Shown: positions 1 through 14,200 of the stretch, one piece after another
How positions within the stretch are numbered: position 1 is the stretch's first letter
How the letters are laid out: each line of letters starts with the position of its first letter
Source: Seison nebaliae
Lineage: Eukaryota
Length of the DNA: 41,203 nucleotides
Reading direction: 5' to 3'
NCBI GenBank assembly: GCA_023231475.1
Contig: JALJEE010003229.1
Span: 1 to 41,203, forward strand
The notes under the pieces: generated by a model
What the model saw: only the letters and a program-made list of their open reading frames with translations
Told to the model about the DNA's origin: nothing
Database searches by the model: none
Program-made: the position numbers and the translations under genes

Positions 1-32
1 TCGAACAAAATAATTCGTTAATAAAGAAATTA

Positions 33-665
33 GTGGAGAAGACCGAACACATCTCTCAATGTTCTAATTCAATTAGATCACTTTCAGGAGAATGTTGTGA
101 AATGAAGAATATCCTCTCTTCATTACCGACTAAGGAAAAAAATTCTGTAACCTCATTGAAGAATGTTACAGAATCTACTTCTGACGTTCAATTGATTAAT
201 AATCAAGACCCGACGGCAAAACGGCCATATAGAGACGTTTTGAAGAAAAACATGGGTAAACAAAGTGAAAGTAACAATAAAATTGTTACTAACAAAATAA
301 CAAAAAAAGTCATCCCGATGAATATGGCTACGAATTCCAATGGTCGCTCCTCAAGAAAGAAGGTAAGAGGCACATGTACGACCGATCTTCTTCCAATTCC
401 GAAGAAAAAAGTGTCCGTTATCGTTAGCGGTGTCACACCTAAAGTGACGTGTTCGGAAATTGAAAACTTCCTGAAGTCACAGAATACAAAAGCAAGTTCA
501 ATTGCAAAAAGAAAACGTGATGGTGGCGAAGAAAACTATATGTCTGCGATGTTTCACATATCGACTGATTCGACGTTCGCTGACAAATTAGTCAACTGTG
601 ACACTTGGCCGTCATATACGTCTTTTAATCGATTCACCTCAACGAGAAAGGAAGAGAGTTCTTAA
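33..665 (+). mobile_element. ORF1 (RRM-like nucleic-acid-binding protein) of a non-LTR retrotransposon; 5' end probably extends beyond the window
   Basis: The C-terminal segment VIVSGVTPKVTCSEIENFL...MFHIS...KLVNCDTWP...FNRF has the typical LINE ORF1 RRM pattern (xVSxxxPxxTxxxIxxFL ... WP). It lies directly upstream of endonuclease and RT remnants on the same strand. Confidence 0.75.
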
Positions 666-780
666 AAAATTACTTTTCGGTGGATATTGTTCCATTTTTT
701 GACTACCGTCAAAATTATGTTCCAACAACACGATCCTCTCTTCTCCAAGTATTCATAATCGTCATCATGATGAGGAAGAT

Positions 781-2795
781 ATTATAAATCTCGATATTTC
801 TTTCATTTCTTTCAACGTTCATGGACTACAGGGATTCCTCTCCGATCTCTGGAAGTTGCTCAGTTTCGACCTCATTTTCTTACAAGAAACATGGCTAAGA
901 TCCTGAATGAATGTGTAGATAAATCATTCATAATAGCGGGAGACTTCAACCTTTCTCCTAAGGATATTGATTTGTTGATGGAGAGTGGAAAGAATCTTTT
1001 ATCCAAATTCAATTGTCTCTTCATTGATCTTGAATTATGTGAGAAATCTTCTTTTTCCTTTCAATCGTCAAATGGAAAGTCCTGGATCGATCACATCATT
1101 ATTTCTAAACGAGTGTTAATGAATGTGCTATATCTGAGCAATTCAGATTATCGGGTCATTTAGCAATAATCTTGAAAGTAAGTTTAGAAGTAATGAGTAA
1201 TAATGATGATAACAATTCATTTTTGATTCCGATATGTAAAAATCATTCATTATTATTGAACGAAATTGTGAATATCAATAGTTATTCGTTTCAATCGAGT
1301 CGTGAAGTTATTGATAAATTGAAATCTATTGGTTCATTTCGCAAGAGATGTCTCTCGAACTGTAGTTCTATCAATAAAAACATTCCTAACTTTGTGAGTA
1401 TTCGACATTTGAAGAGAGAAATGATTTGTGCAAATCGTCTATTTTTGAAAGAGAATTCAGTGGAATTCATTTTCTAATAGGAAAAATGCTCGAAGGAAGT
1501 TCAGATACGCTGTTCGTGATCTATTAAGAAAAGCTGAAGAACAGAAATATGAAGAATTGGTTCTTGATAACAACACGTCGAAATTCTGGTCATTGATGAG
1601 AAGAAAAGAACAAAATACGTCAATTATTAGAATTGATGATTTTGTCAAATTTTTTCAATCTTCCATGTTTGACTCTTCTCCTTCACATCGAGTGGTCAGC
1701 ATGGAAAACTTGTCTCAATCATATTATCACAGTATTACAGTTGATGAAGTGCGATCTGCTTTGTCGCAAATGAATTTGAAGAAATCGCATGGTGAGGATG
1801 ATGTGTGTTTATGTATTATAGAGAAATTGAAAGATTCATCATTTCAACTGATGGTCCAATATATCAATGATGTTTTAACTTGTAATCTCGATTACAGTAA
1901 CATTAGAGTATTCTCGATCAGTCCAATCTAAAAAGGACACGGTAAGGACACTTCGGAAGTAAATTCTTATCGTCCTATTTGTGTTGCCAGTAGACTAATT
2001 AAAGTGATCGAGTAGATTATTAAGAATACATTTGCGAAAGAGTTATGTTCGTCGAAATTTTAATTCGCTTATCGGAAAAATAGTAGACGTGACAAATGGC
2101 CACATATTCTCCTTCTGAAATTTCTTATCTCTGAAAACTCGTTCGAAGTAGTAAAAGATGGATCGAAGAAATCTAATATGTTTCGCATAAATAAAGGAGT
2201 GAGGCAAGGATGTATTCTCGCTCCATGGATTTTTGGAAAGGTGTTAGATGAAATTCTTATTGAATCCAATCGAAAATTCTCATTTAAGATTGGTCCGAAT
2301 TCCTTTTCTGCAGTTATCGCGTACGCAGATGATATCCTCATTTGCACGAATAATGTTCGTCAGTGTAAAAGAGTTGTGGCTTTTATCAGTGATCGTTTGG
2401 CTATTGTTGGAATCAAATGTAATCAGAGTAAGTCATCGATTATCTCGAATATTTCTACATTTCCAATTCGTTGTGATTTGAAGAAATTGTTGTGCAAGGA
2501 GGTGTGTTTCCTTCGATGTCAGATTGAATCGAAGAGGAAAAGTTCAGCATTGGTAGATCGAGTAAGATGTAAGTTCCTCAGATCATTCTATTCATTTCAT
2601 CATCGTTCCAAGTTTTTTTCTCTCAAATTGAAGTTGAAATTATTTGTCTGTTACTGCTGTGACTTTTATGGGTTACCGGTATCTATCTCGAATACCGAAA
2701 AGTCATTACGATGCCTTGATCGTACCTATAATAGAACAGTTCGGATGATGCTCGGCTGTCACAAGCCTTTCAATAGATATTATTTATTGATTTAA
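781..2795 (+). mobile_element. Degenerate ORF2 (APE endonuclease + reverse transcriptase) of a non-LTR retrotransposon, pseudogenised
   Basis: Endonuclease motifs: ISFNVHG...LIFLQETWL (781-900, frame 1), then IIAGDFN and SWIDHII. RT motifs: SYRPICV (~1965), KGVRQGCILAPWIF and YADD (2322-2333). C-terminal KLKLFVCYCCDFYG. There are multiple stops and frameshifts, and apparent internal deletions in the endonuclease and in the DxxKAFD region of RT. Confidence 0.92.
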
Positions 2796-4032
2796 AACTC
2801 GTCTTTGATTTAAACTATATATTAAGATTTAAAACTAAAATATAAAACACCGTCGAGATAAGTATAGTATTAGTAAGAGAGATTTATTTAACAACTGATA
2901 TTTTATTTATTATAAAATATGATATAAAAATTTCTGCAGTCAATTTTCAAATATCGAACCGATTAACTTATTGAAATTTATTTTAAATTTTAATTTTTAA
3001 AAAAAACAAAAACGTTTCTTCGAAACAACCATTTGTTAATGTTGCTCTCTTATTTCATGTGAATATTTTGCGTTCTATATCAATAAAGTTCTAGTTCATA
3101 AATTTTACTCTATATCCTGTGGAGCTGGATGGTAAAAAGAAATACCTTTTTTTAAAGAAGTGATGTGTAACTGATTGCAGTATGCGAATTGTGTGTGTGA
3201 GTCATATGGACCAGGTTGGTGACATTGACGTGAAATATTCACAAATTTTCACGATAATTCTTAAGCTTGGAATTTTAAGTGACGATAGTGAAGTAGGAAA
3301 ATGGGGTGGTGGAATAAGGACACGTGTTGTTAAGAGAAGACATTTCCTATCTTTGAATTGTTCCAACAGAAGTATAGATAAGTAGTAACAGAGAAAACAT
3401 TGTTACATTGTATTGGATATTGATGTGGAGCTCTCGCTAATTTGGAGATTTCGTATTTAAATTATGAACGGAGAGAAATTGTTGTCTTTTCTGTAACATC
3501 AATCTTAATCTCTCCATCTGATTAAGTGACAGTTGAGAAAGTAGATTGTTAGAATGGATGATTATTAATATGAAAAGAAAAGTGGAATTGAGATGTATCT
3601 TTCTATTCGTTTTTTCTTTTTCAATAGATATTTAATTGGAAAGAAATTAGCGGAGATACACAATTGAGTTGGTGGGCGCGCAATACTCGCAGTCTTCCAT
3701 TACGTCCACATTAGTTGAAGGGACGAGATGAATTAACTAATTTAGAAGACACAGATAAGTCTGATGTAAAATTGGCGAATCATGGAACGTGGCTATAGAT
3801 CATTCTCGTCACCATTACCTGATGACGTTAGTAGTCATTATCAAAAATTTTTCTTCTTCCGTTATTCTTCGTTTGACTTTTTGTTCCAGTTCAATTTTTC
3901 ATTTTTCGAAATGTTAGGATAGAGTGATGAGAGTAAAAAAAAAGGACATGAATGACGAGAAGGAGGAGGATGATGATGATGATGATTTGTTCTATTATTG
4001 TATTGTTGAGATGAAATATGTCTCTCCTCTCC

Positions 4033-4050
4033 ACACACACACACACACAC
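4033..4050. repeat. (CA)n microsatellite
   Basis: Direct read of the sequence. Confidence 0.9.
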
Positions 4051-6804
4051 AGAAGATGGATGTTATAGGAACGATGAGGAGAAGAATTTGAGTAGGTCAA
4101 TACCGATAAATTTAAAGTGATTTGAGTTTGGTCGAATTGTCGATCTTATTATCTTCTAATCCATCGACACCATTTCTCGTCTTGGATATCTCTTATGACC
4201 GAATATCGCCTTCTCTATCATAATGTTAATTTTGTCCTTTGTGTTCGGGTGAAGAAATAATTGTATCGGATATATACCACATTTTTGCTTTCTCTCTAAT
4301 TTCTTCGTTTGACACATGACGACGGAGGGAGAGGAGAGAATAAGAAGTGATTGAATATATCAATATGTGTTTGATGACAAATCGTCGTTTTCTATGAAAG
4401 AACATGTTTCTAACAATTTCTTTAATCTTTCTGATAATAAATTATCGAATAATTAATAATAGTTGACTGGATGTATAGATAGATAGATGAGTGAAAGTAG
4501 AATTAATAGACAGAAGAGAATATGAATAGAATGAATGGACGATTAGTTATCTATCTACTCATTCTCTTCTTCTCCCACATCGTTCACATATCAATTGTTC
4601 ACAATGATTGGGGAAAGAATTTGATATTTTTCCGATATTAACAATTATATAACGATTCATTATATTCCCCTCTCAATCTATTGCATGAAAATCCTTTCTT
4701 AATTCATGTTTCCCCCTTTCGTCTTACCAATTCTCTTTAATTCTTATTTAGAAGAAATTCCTCCGAAATGCCATTTTACCTTTTTTTCATTCACTTCGTC
4801 AGAATGAAATTCACCTTCCAAATTCTTTTCAATTTTCATGTTCGTCTTATTCGTACGATTGTCGTCATAATTCCTGTGTAATATGAGAAACTTATTTCAG
4901 AAAAATGTTACCTCTCACATTTCGCTCTTTAACATGTTGTAGACAGAAATTGCTAAATATTCTTCATCTTTTCCATATTCTTTTTTTAAAACAAATTTTA
5001 AAGGAAACTTTTATATCAGTTTTTTTCCTCATAAAACAATCTTTTCTTTCTTTATTCACTACAATAGTCTTCGTTACAACATACGTAATATTATTTCCTT
5101 CTCGCGATTTATTATTGATGTTCGTTTCTGATTGAAAAAATTTCCTTTTCTTTTCGGCTAATCAAGAGAGAATTGTGTGAATCGATTACAGTTTAATACG
5201 AATATATTCTCTGCATCAAATATTTTCAAAGTGAACATCAAAATGAGAGCTCGTCTCGAGTGTATACCATAAACAAACACTTCGTATGTTACCCATAGAA
5301 AAAAAAAACAATTATTGTTCGAAGATGGAAGTTGGATAGGTGAATGAGAAATAGGGAAAACACATCAGTTTCATTAGTTTGATATTGTCGTTATACATCT
5401 ATGTTATGTTTCACTTGGTTGGTGTGCGGTCTAGTGAGGATATTTATGGAACACGGTCAAAAGAATCCTAAGACACAACATCAATCAATTTGAGATTATA
5501 TGAAATTAAATTTGTGATTTTAATGAAATTATATTATACTTCGAATACATTGTCGTTTCAATCGAGGTTGGGAATATCGATGAGAATGTAATTCACCAAA
5601 TTTATTATCCAATTCAACATTTTTATTATTTGTATGTTAAATTGATAAAATGATGTTGAATTGAGCATTTTCAAATTCGAATTATTTGTGTGATAAATGT
5701 AAATTAATTTTCCTTAATGTTTTTTTTAGGTCTTAATTTTCATACGACAATCGATTTCTAAATATGATTTTTATTATTTAGTTTATTTTTATATTCATTT
5801 TCACTTTCCCTAATATCAAACTATATTTATGGACCGTCGATTTTCGTCGATTGTCATTCCGGACGATTATAATTAGAAATATATTATTTGTTATGTAATC
5901 GATACTTTTGTTGAGACATCAATTTCTTCAGGTCTCTCATATTTTGTATGTATCACTCAAATATTTTCACATTAACGGTTTTACTTAAGTCCTACTTATC
6001 AGTTTGACGAATGTTTGATGATAATGTCTTATAGCTCATTTGACCTGGAGTCGATATGGAGGGAATGTGGAGTTTGTGGAAGTTTGATGAAGAGATGAGA
6101 ATAAATTTCTTCGTAGAGAACAATTTGTGTGAAATGGAAAGAGAGAGAAGACGAAGAAGTTTCATTATGTTAGAGACACATTTTACTTTTTTCCCATTAC
6201 TTTCCTTTTGGCAACATCATTTTCTACGGATCGCCATACCTCTTCTCCCTCCAGACTCATTGGGGAGATGAAGAAAGATTGTTGATGGAAATCACTTTCT
6301 TCCTAAACTTTCTGATTTATCATTATGTGTCTCGATATGGATGTTATTGGGAAAGGATAGAAATATATGATATTTTGATTTTCTTTCATGTTTAGTGGTC
6401 ATGATGATCGTGAAATAGAAATGGAGTTGTTGTTCTATATTCTTCCTTCGCTTAACACACGACCGTCTTGTGCACATATACTTCGCTACATTGTTTATGT
6501 GTGCATATGCACGTGTCGATTGATGTGTGTGTGTGTGTTGCTGAATGTCGAAGGGGAAGTTATTGATTTCTTTCTAAAGAATTTCTATGTAAACCTTCCA
6601 TTCTTTCTTCTCTGTCCCCTTCCTTCCCCCCAATTGGTCAGTCGATAATTAGGAGTATTGCAGCAACACTTCCACCTCATACAAAACACACGTGGAATGA
6701 CCAGTAGAAAGAAATAATTCTCCTTTCTCCTGTTTATTTCAATAGATTTCTTTTATCATAGTTTCCATCACTTCCCTCCCGAAACGGGAGAGAGGGAGAG
6801 AATG

Positions 6805-6825
6805 AATATATATATATATATATAT
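6805..6825. repeat. (AT)n microsatellite
   Basis: Direct read of the sequence. Confidence 0.9.
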
Positions 6826-7262
6826 AAATAAATTGATAAATATTTAGATCATATAACGACATCTTTATGTAAATTATTTTCTAGACATCTAATTTATTGT
6901 AGAAACTTTTACTTTCCAATATATCAATAAAAGAAATTAATTGTTTTTTTCTTTCTTTCGTTTTTTAAGAAAATATCCTTTAGTTCTATATCATATCAAT
7001 CTTTTATCAGTCATCATCCTCCACTCATCCATACATCAATCTACGATTGTCTTTTATAAGTTCTCTCTATAGACTATTCGGATCAAAGACATATTATGTA
7101 TCATTATATTTTAAATCTTTCTCTTCTAAAATGGAGAAACCATTTCCCATCATCTTCCTTCCCCTCATTTCCATCTGAAATATTTAAAGAACATAAAAGG
7201 AAATTTTAGAAGGTAAAAACAAAATTCATTTCTTTCTTTCCATCTCCCATCATCAACAACTG

Positions 7263-7290
7263 CATCATCATCATCATCATCATCATCATC
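7263..7290. repeat. (CAT)n microsatellite
   Basis: Direct read of the sequence. Confidence 0.9.
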
Positions 7291-9184
7291 GTTATTTTAA
7301 CTCAATCAGAAACACTAGAATATTATTGGAAAGTTTCCCATCATTTTCTGATAGTTCAGAAAAAAAAATTGCAACTAACGAGATGTTGTGCTCCATCGTT
7401 CAGCCACATATGTTAATTAATTCATCATCATATCTTCTCATAACGAATGAACGAAGGCACAAGGTGCATTCAACAACAGTCTTGTATCTTAGTTGATTGA
7501 ATATTCTTCTTTTTCTACGTCTTCTGAGGTTATTTCTTATTATTGCGCTTGTTGTTTCGGTGATTAAAATAGAAAAAATTTTGTTGAACAAATTTTATTA
7601 GAGTCCACTTATTTCGCATGTTCTTCTCCTCACGTCCAACAGAACAAAACACGTAATTCACGTAACAAACACGAATTTAAATTGTTGTTTCTCTTTCAAT
7701 TCTCACCTCGATTCTTTTTATCGAACCATTTTTATTTGTTACAAACCTGTAATCAAATAATCTTTTCCTTCCAATCTGCTCCACGTGACTATTGTTCCTC
7801 TTTTTTTTTTCTTTTAATGACGGACGATTCTTGTGATTAGGTCTAAATTTGGAGTTAGGGTGAAAATCATATTTTTCTCATTTCTCATTTGGAAAATAGT
7901 TCTTTTTTAGTAGAAATTCACATTTTCGAGTAATTGGAGAGAGAAGTTGCAGTACAAGAAAATGGTGCCGAGGATGTTGGTTTAACAACTGATAAAAAAA
8001 GAAGGTGAAGGAACAGAAGAAGAAATGAAAAAAGACTCAATCTAATTTAACTACTAGATGGAGTTTTTCTACCTTATAATTTATCTCCTAATTGACGTTG
8101 TTATTAGAAAATAATTTGATTTTCTCGAAAGAGAAAAATATAATTTTCATCTTGATAAGATAGGCGAGTATGATATGTTGGAGGGGAGAGGAAGGAGATA
8201 GATAGTGAATGACATCGTTTTCACCCCTCGAGGAGAAACAAAATTAAAGTCGAAGCTAATAATTTTAATTGAGAGTTATGCAATTTCAATTGTATCGACT
8301 TCTTTACTTGTCTTGAAAAGTGACAATGACTTATGCAAATCACTTATTGAAAGCTATGGTTATGTAATATGACGAATCACTATATCATTTGAATCATCAA
8401 AAATTATTAATTATCTGTAGATCACTTGTTGGGGTTGTTATTTTATATGAGAATTTTATATGATATATAGAATTTTATATTTTTTATTTCATGAGGAAAA
8501 TAAGAAATTTTTCATCTTCTTTCTTTTTCCTTGACGATCTTTTCTGTTTGTCTTTCATTCGAAAAATTTCGTTTTTTTTTTTCAGATAGACTTGTTATTC
8601 CGTTTCTCTTCCAGTTTGTGTGGTCAATGGAGGGAGGAGGAGGATGAGAAGAATGATGATAATGATGATGATGTTGTTAATGTTGGAGATGTGTGATGGG
8701 GCGGAAGAATGGTGTTATTTTTATCTTTGGGTCGAGGTCGTCTCGTTCGACGTGTAATCTCTTCTCATCTATCTGTTATCGTGGCAGTGGTAGTTGCGGC
8801 GGCGTTTGAGATGGAACTTGCGATGGAACGAGACGGAGGAAATACAGAAGAGAAATAACTACGAAATATTTACGTAAATGTGTGGATTGTCTGGAGGGAG
8901 AGGAATCTTTCTCCCATTCACTCTAACACAACATACATATCTTCTATTTATTTTTCTCCTTACGGACGACGAAGATGGAGAAAGGAACGGTTGGGAAAGA
9001 TTTCGGCTATTTTCTTCCCGTTCCTCTATTCTCATTTATCGTTCCCATTTTCCCTTTATGACGATAATTTGGATGATGATGTAAGTCAGTCGATTGAAGT
9101 TAGAAGAAAGTGTTATTCTTTCAATGTGAATTTTCGAAATATCATTTCCTTCCCAACGAAATGAATCGGCTGAGACATAACTTA

Positions 9185-9210
<26 letters not shown>
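9185..9210. repeat. (AT)n microsatellite
   Basis: Direct read of the sequence. Confidence 0.9.
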
Positions 9211-9216
<6 letters not shown>

Positions 9217-10209
9217 ATAAATCAGTTACATATATGTATATGTTGAATAAGTCGTCTTTGTTTCTTACGAAATAATTGGATTACATTCGTCTTCTTTATT
9301 TCTACATATTTCCCCCAAAGTTAATCTATTTTCTACAGACGTGTATTTGGACGGACCATTTCTCCTTTCACTTTATGTGTACATTATGTTGTTTATGTTA
9401 TTTATCTTACATAATACGATCCACTTGCAACATCTACGGGTAGAATGTACGTATATGTTGTTGTTGATATGTTATCGTTCTCATTTCTCAACACGTTGCG
9501 GAGTGATGTATAAGAAAAGTTATTATGGCGGTGAAAGAATTATATTAGGTATTATATAATAATATTACTAATAACCCTTCTTCTTCTCACCATCATCAAT
9601 GTTTTATGAATTATTTCTGTGCTTCTTTCTCTTCCGTCTACCTATACCTCTTCTATCACATATACAATACAGCATTTCGTGTTTTTGTGTCTCTCTGTGT
9701 GTGTATGTGTATGTATGTGTCTTTGGTGTGAAAAGATTGGGTCTTTTTTTTTGACGAGAATATTCGTTACTCTAACGATTCGTTCGGCGTGGAGAGGAAA
9801 GAATAGATGTGATTTCTTCTTATTCCTTTTTTTTCCCTAATGTTGGATAATGTGTTTGGGATTGTTTGAGTTGGATGAAGATGAGAACGAACCCCGAAAA
9901 TAATCTCTTATTGAAATAATGTAACAGTTGTTCTTGTCTGTGTATAGTGAGAGATAGGAAGAGTGGATATTATTCATTCATTATATATATTCTTTCATGC
10001 TCATTTCTTCCGTGCTTTGTCGTTGGGAAATTATAATATTGCACATCTTCTACTCAACATCAATTTTCTTTCAACTTATCTCTTTTCAACTATTGCTTAC
10101 CCCACCACCCATCCCTCCCAATTACTATTATTAGAACGAGAACTTCTACTATTTTCTCCAAATAAATTCGGGTTGAGAAATAAACTGTATAATTATGTCT
10201 ATTTATTTA

Positions 10210-10245
10210 TGTGTGTATGTGTGTATGTGTGTGTGTGTGTGTGTG
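10210..10245. repeat. Imperfect (GT)n microsatellite
   Basis: Direct read of the sequence. Confidence 0.9.
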
Positions 10246-11259
10246 GGAATGAGTGAGGAGAATGTGGAGAAATGATAAGAGTAATATTTGTTAAATATAA
10301 ATTCATCGTTCTCGTTTAATTTTTCGTTGATATGTGTCAATGGAATGATGGAGGGGAGTAGTGTATGATTGTGATCTGTGTCAATGTATAAAATATTAAG
10401 TGTGTGGTCGCAATGGACGATAGTGGTGGTGGGGTTGAATGGGCGAATACATGTCAACATCTCCTTGGATGTGATGACAAAAGAAGAATGGTGATATATC
10501 GAAGAAAAGATATACACATACGTTCGTATATTTGATAAAGGAGAAGATAAATGAGAATAATAAATGGAAATAATTTCCTCTTACTTTTTCATATATCATG
10601 ATATCATATATTCTTATTTCTCTGTTTTTGACGGCTCTCTATTTTTTCCTTCGTCTGATCAGTTTGTCTTTGTCATTTCAATCAATATTTTCCCTCCGAC
10701 GCCACACTTCTTTGTTCATTTTCATCTATATCTGTTTTTCGTCCTGCTATAGTCTCATCAATTTGCTTCAATTTGACGATGGAGTTCGATGATGACGAAT
10801 TACACTATATGAGAATACAGTGATGTTATAATATTATCAGTGATGTAAAAGTACAAAGGAAATTCATTTGTTTCTCTCTTCTATTTAAATTTTCTCTTTT
10901 TATTTAATTTGAAGTTCAAACATTAAATTGGAAAAAAATTTTTTTCAGTTTTCTATCCGAAAAAAACTCTTTCATGAATTTCTTTTCCGTCATTCACTTT
11001 ATTTTTTTATGGAATGAATGAACAGAAAATAAAGTTTTTTTTATGTCGGAAAAAGATTTATTTATTATTCGTATAAATTGATGGAATATTTCTCTTATTC
11101 ATCATCACTTCGATAAATTGCATCGAACATGTTTCGTGCATAACGGTTATTATTGGAGATGATGTGATTGACTTTATTGTTTTCTTGAATTTCATGTTAC
11201 CACTTCAATTTTTTTGTTGTTGTTTATGTTATGTTTGAATTATATTAATAATAATAGTG

Positions 11260-14200
11260 ATGGTTGGGGGAATACACATATATAAATATTAGACGTAATT
11301 GAGTTTATTAATCTCTTGTCAATTTTTATTCATAGAATTTTGTACAGAAATCGACGGAAAAGCAGCTTGTTCACGCCAGTAGTACATCCATCTCATTATC
11401 TCGAAAGATAGAAGAGAGCATTACAAAAGAAACTTCATCAAATTCCAAGTTAGAAAAGGAGAAAATTGTCAATAGTGAGAAGAAGAACGATATTGAGGAC
11501 GAGATATTGGAAGAAATCGACGTCGTTAAAGATTGGAGAAACGATCTGTTATTGATCGAAGAGTGTAATGACATTGAATTGAAGAAAAAAGAAACAACAT
11601 CGTTCCACCAATACAATAGTTTGAGGATTGGAAAAAGATTATCATCATCATCATCATCATCATTATCTTCATTATCTTCAGCGACAACATCATCGATATC
11701 ATCGAGACGGTTAAGTGGAGAAGATTTCCTTTCGTTCAAAAGCGACAAACGAGAAATTTTCAAAAGAATTTTGAAGCAATACAAGAATGTTTGGGTGTGC
11801 AAACCGTTTTTACGGAAGAACATCTGTGAATTCATGCAACTGAGAAATGATGATAATAAGAATTTTGGCGATAATGTACAGAAACTAATCGAATTGCAAA
11901 CGAACGATCATCAAGACATTGTGGAGAAAGAGGAAGGGGAAGAACGTAGAATTATCCATCATACTCTCTCGTCTAATTCATTTGTCGATTTGGTCACATC
12001 CACCAACATCGAAACGACGACGACGACGACGACGACTGGAAACATTTTAGTTGATTGTGGAGAAGTGAGAGAGAATTGCAATTGGAAAGACAAGAAAAAT
12101 CTCTTCAATATCACTACATCGTCGGCCTTATTTGGAGAGGTGTTTGAGCAGGACAACGGAAAAGGAAGAACGAGTCATTTGGGAGAAGTGAACACGTTTT
12201 CATCGAACGTTGCCTCAGTAGAGTTCGATTGCTACGACTTTATTAGCAATATCATTGAGGACGATGTTCATTGCGTGAGAGAGAATACTGGACTTCTTAC
12301 ATCATCCAAATCAACCAATACCTTCTCCAAGGATATGCAGTCGTCATTGCAGAATGTGAATTCTTATAAAAACACGTCAAATAATTTTTGTTCGACGAAA
12401 CCGACCGATGACATGGTGAAAACATCGTGGTCGATGGGTGCTGATTTGAAATCGTCAAAGAAATTGTTTAATAATAATAATAATAATAATCATCATCATC
12501 ATCAGCAACAACAACAACAACAACAGCAACCTCAATCAATGTCATCAAATATGATGTCAACATCGTCCGATAAGTTGTGTAATGGAAATGATAATCGGAA
12601 TTATTCAAATAAGAAGAATAATAATATGAATAATAATAATAATAATAATATGAATAATAATAATAATAATAAGAAGAAGAAGAATATGATAAATGGAAAT
12701 AATATGAAACAACAAGAAGAAGAACAACAAAAACAATTGTTATCATTATTATCGTCGTCACGAAACCATCATTATCCATCCGATCAACCCCATTTAATGA
12801 ATTTAAATGATAATTGTGATAATAATTCCGGTGCTTTCATTAGCGATATGAACGCTATCGCTAAAAATTCTGTATATACAACAATTAATTCTTCGTTTCA
12901 TCCATTAAGTTGTATTGGCGATCAGCAACAACATTCATCATATTCATCACATTTCCCTCCATCAAACGATAATAAATTACTAAACGATTCAAATTATGAC
13001 CATCAGCACCACCATCAACACCAGCATCATCACCACCACCACCAACAACCTTATTTTAATAATAACGGAAATTTAATGAATGAGCATTCATCGAATTATT
13101 TACAAACTAATAATTTTGTTAATTTATCGTCGGCAAACGGATTTTTAGGGACGACAACCGTCTTTCCTGAATTGACGACTTTACCAGTGAGTATGTCATA
13201 TTCAAATGTAATAGATTCATCAGCACCTCCTCCCCCTATCATTTCGTCATCATTATCATCATCATCATCATCATCGCAACAAATGAATGGTGGTGATGTG
13301 TCACAACATCTATCGAATTCGAATAATATCGATAATAATATGGACCGATCGACTTCGGGTGACAGTTATGCGAAAGTTGGAATGCAAATGGCAGAAACGA
13401 TATTATCGTGTTCTCCCGTTCCCGATGTATCGAGTTCCAACTCAACTTCTATGATGAATAATCGAGAAAATGATTTATTGTCAGATAATGGATTGGAGAA
13501 GATCAGTGTACCGTCATGGATGGACAATCAACAATTTAAAGATAATCCGAGTAATATTGAAGAATGTATTCGTAAATTCTGTTATTATGTACAGAAAGAT
13601 GATGAGAAGAATGGTGAAATTAATTCGTTGACAACAAATATGGAAAAATCATCGGTCTCTGATTTCTTCAATAACCGTTCGAAATTCCTCGATTCGTCAA
13701 TGTCCAATGACAAGATGGCATCTGTTATCAATAACAATAACAACAACAACAAATCGAATGATTCAAATTCTTCTTCTGTTGATACAACGACATTAGGAGG
13801 AGGAATAGTGGTCGGTACCGGTGGAAATAAGATGAACGGTTTGAGTTCGATGGAAGAAGTGAACGGTAAGGATGATAGTCGTGAGTTGATTGTGATGTCG
13901 ATGTTGAGTATGTGTAGGAGATTTCTGCGTAATATGAATTCGTCAGATAATTTGAAGGATTTGGTGAGTCAATCCTACAAGAATGAAGAATTGTCAGATA
14001 GAGAGAAGAAGGAAGTTGAGTTTGATGCAGAATTATTGGCGGCAAAAGAAGAAGGAAGAATTGATGAGTTGTTGGAGGAGATGTTACGTGATCCACAATT
14101 TGTCTATTTGTTGCGAATGATGCAATGTGCCACGTCCACCACTAACATGAATGATAATTCAAAAATTTATAATGGCAATTTGATGAGTTCAGATTTTAAT

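Noticed and set aside
3182..10792. Short 60-104 aa ORFs upstream of pum
   Set aside because: They have low-complexity F/L/I/CV composition from T-rich DNA and microsatellites, with no recognisable motifs.
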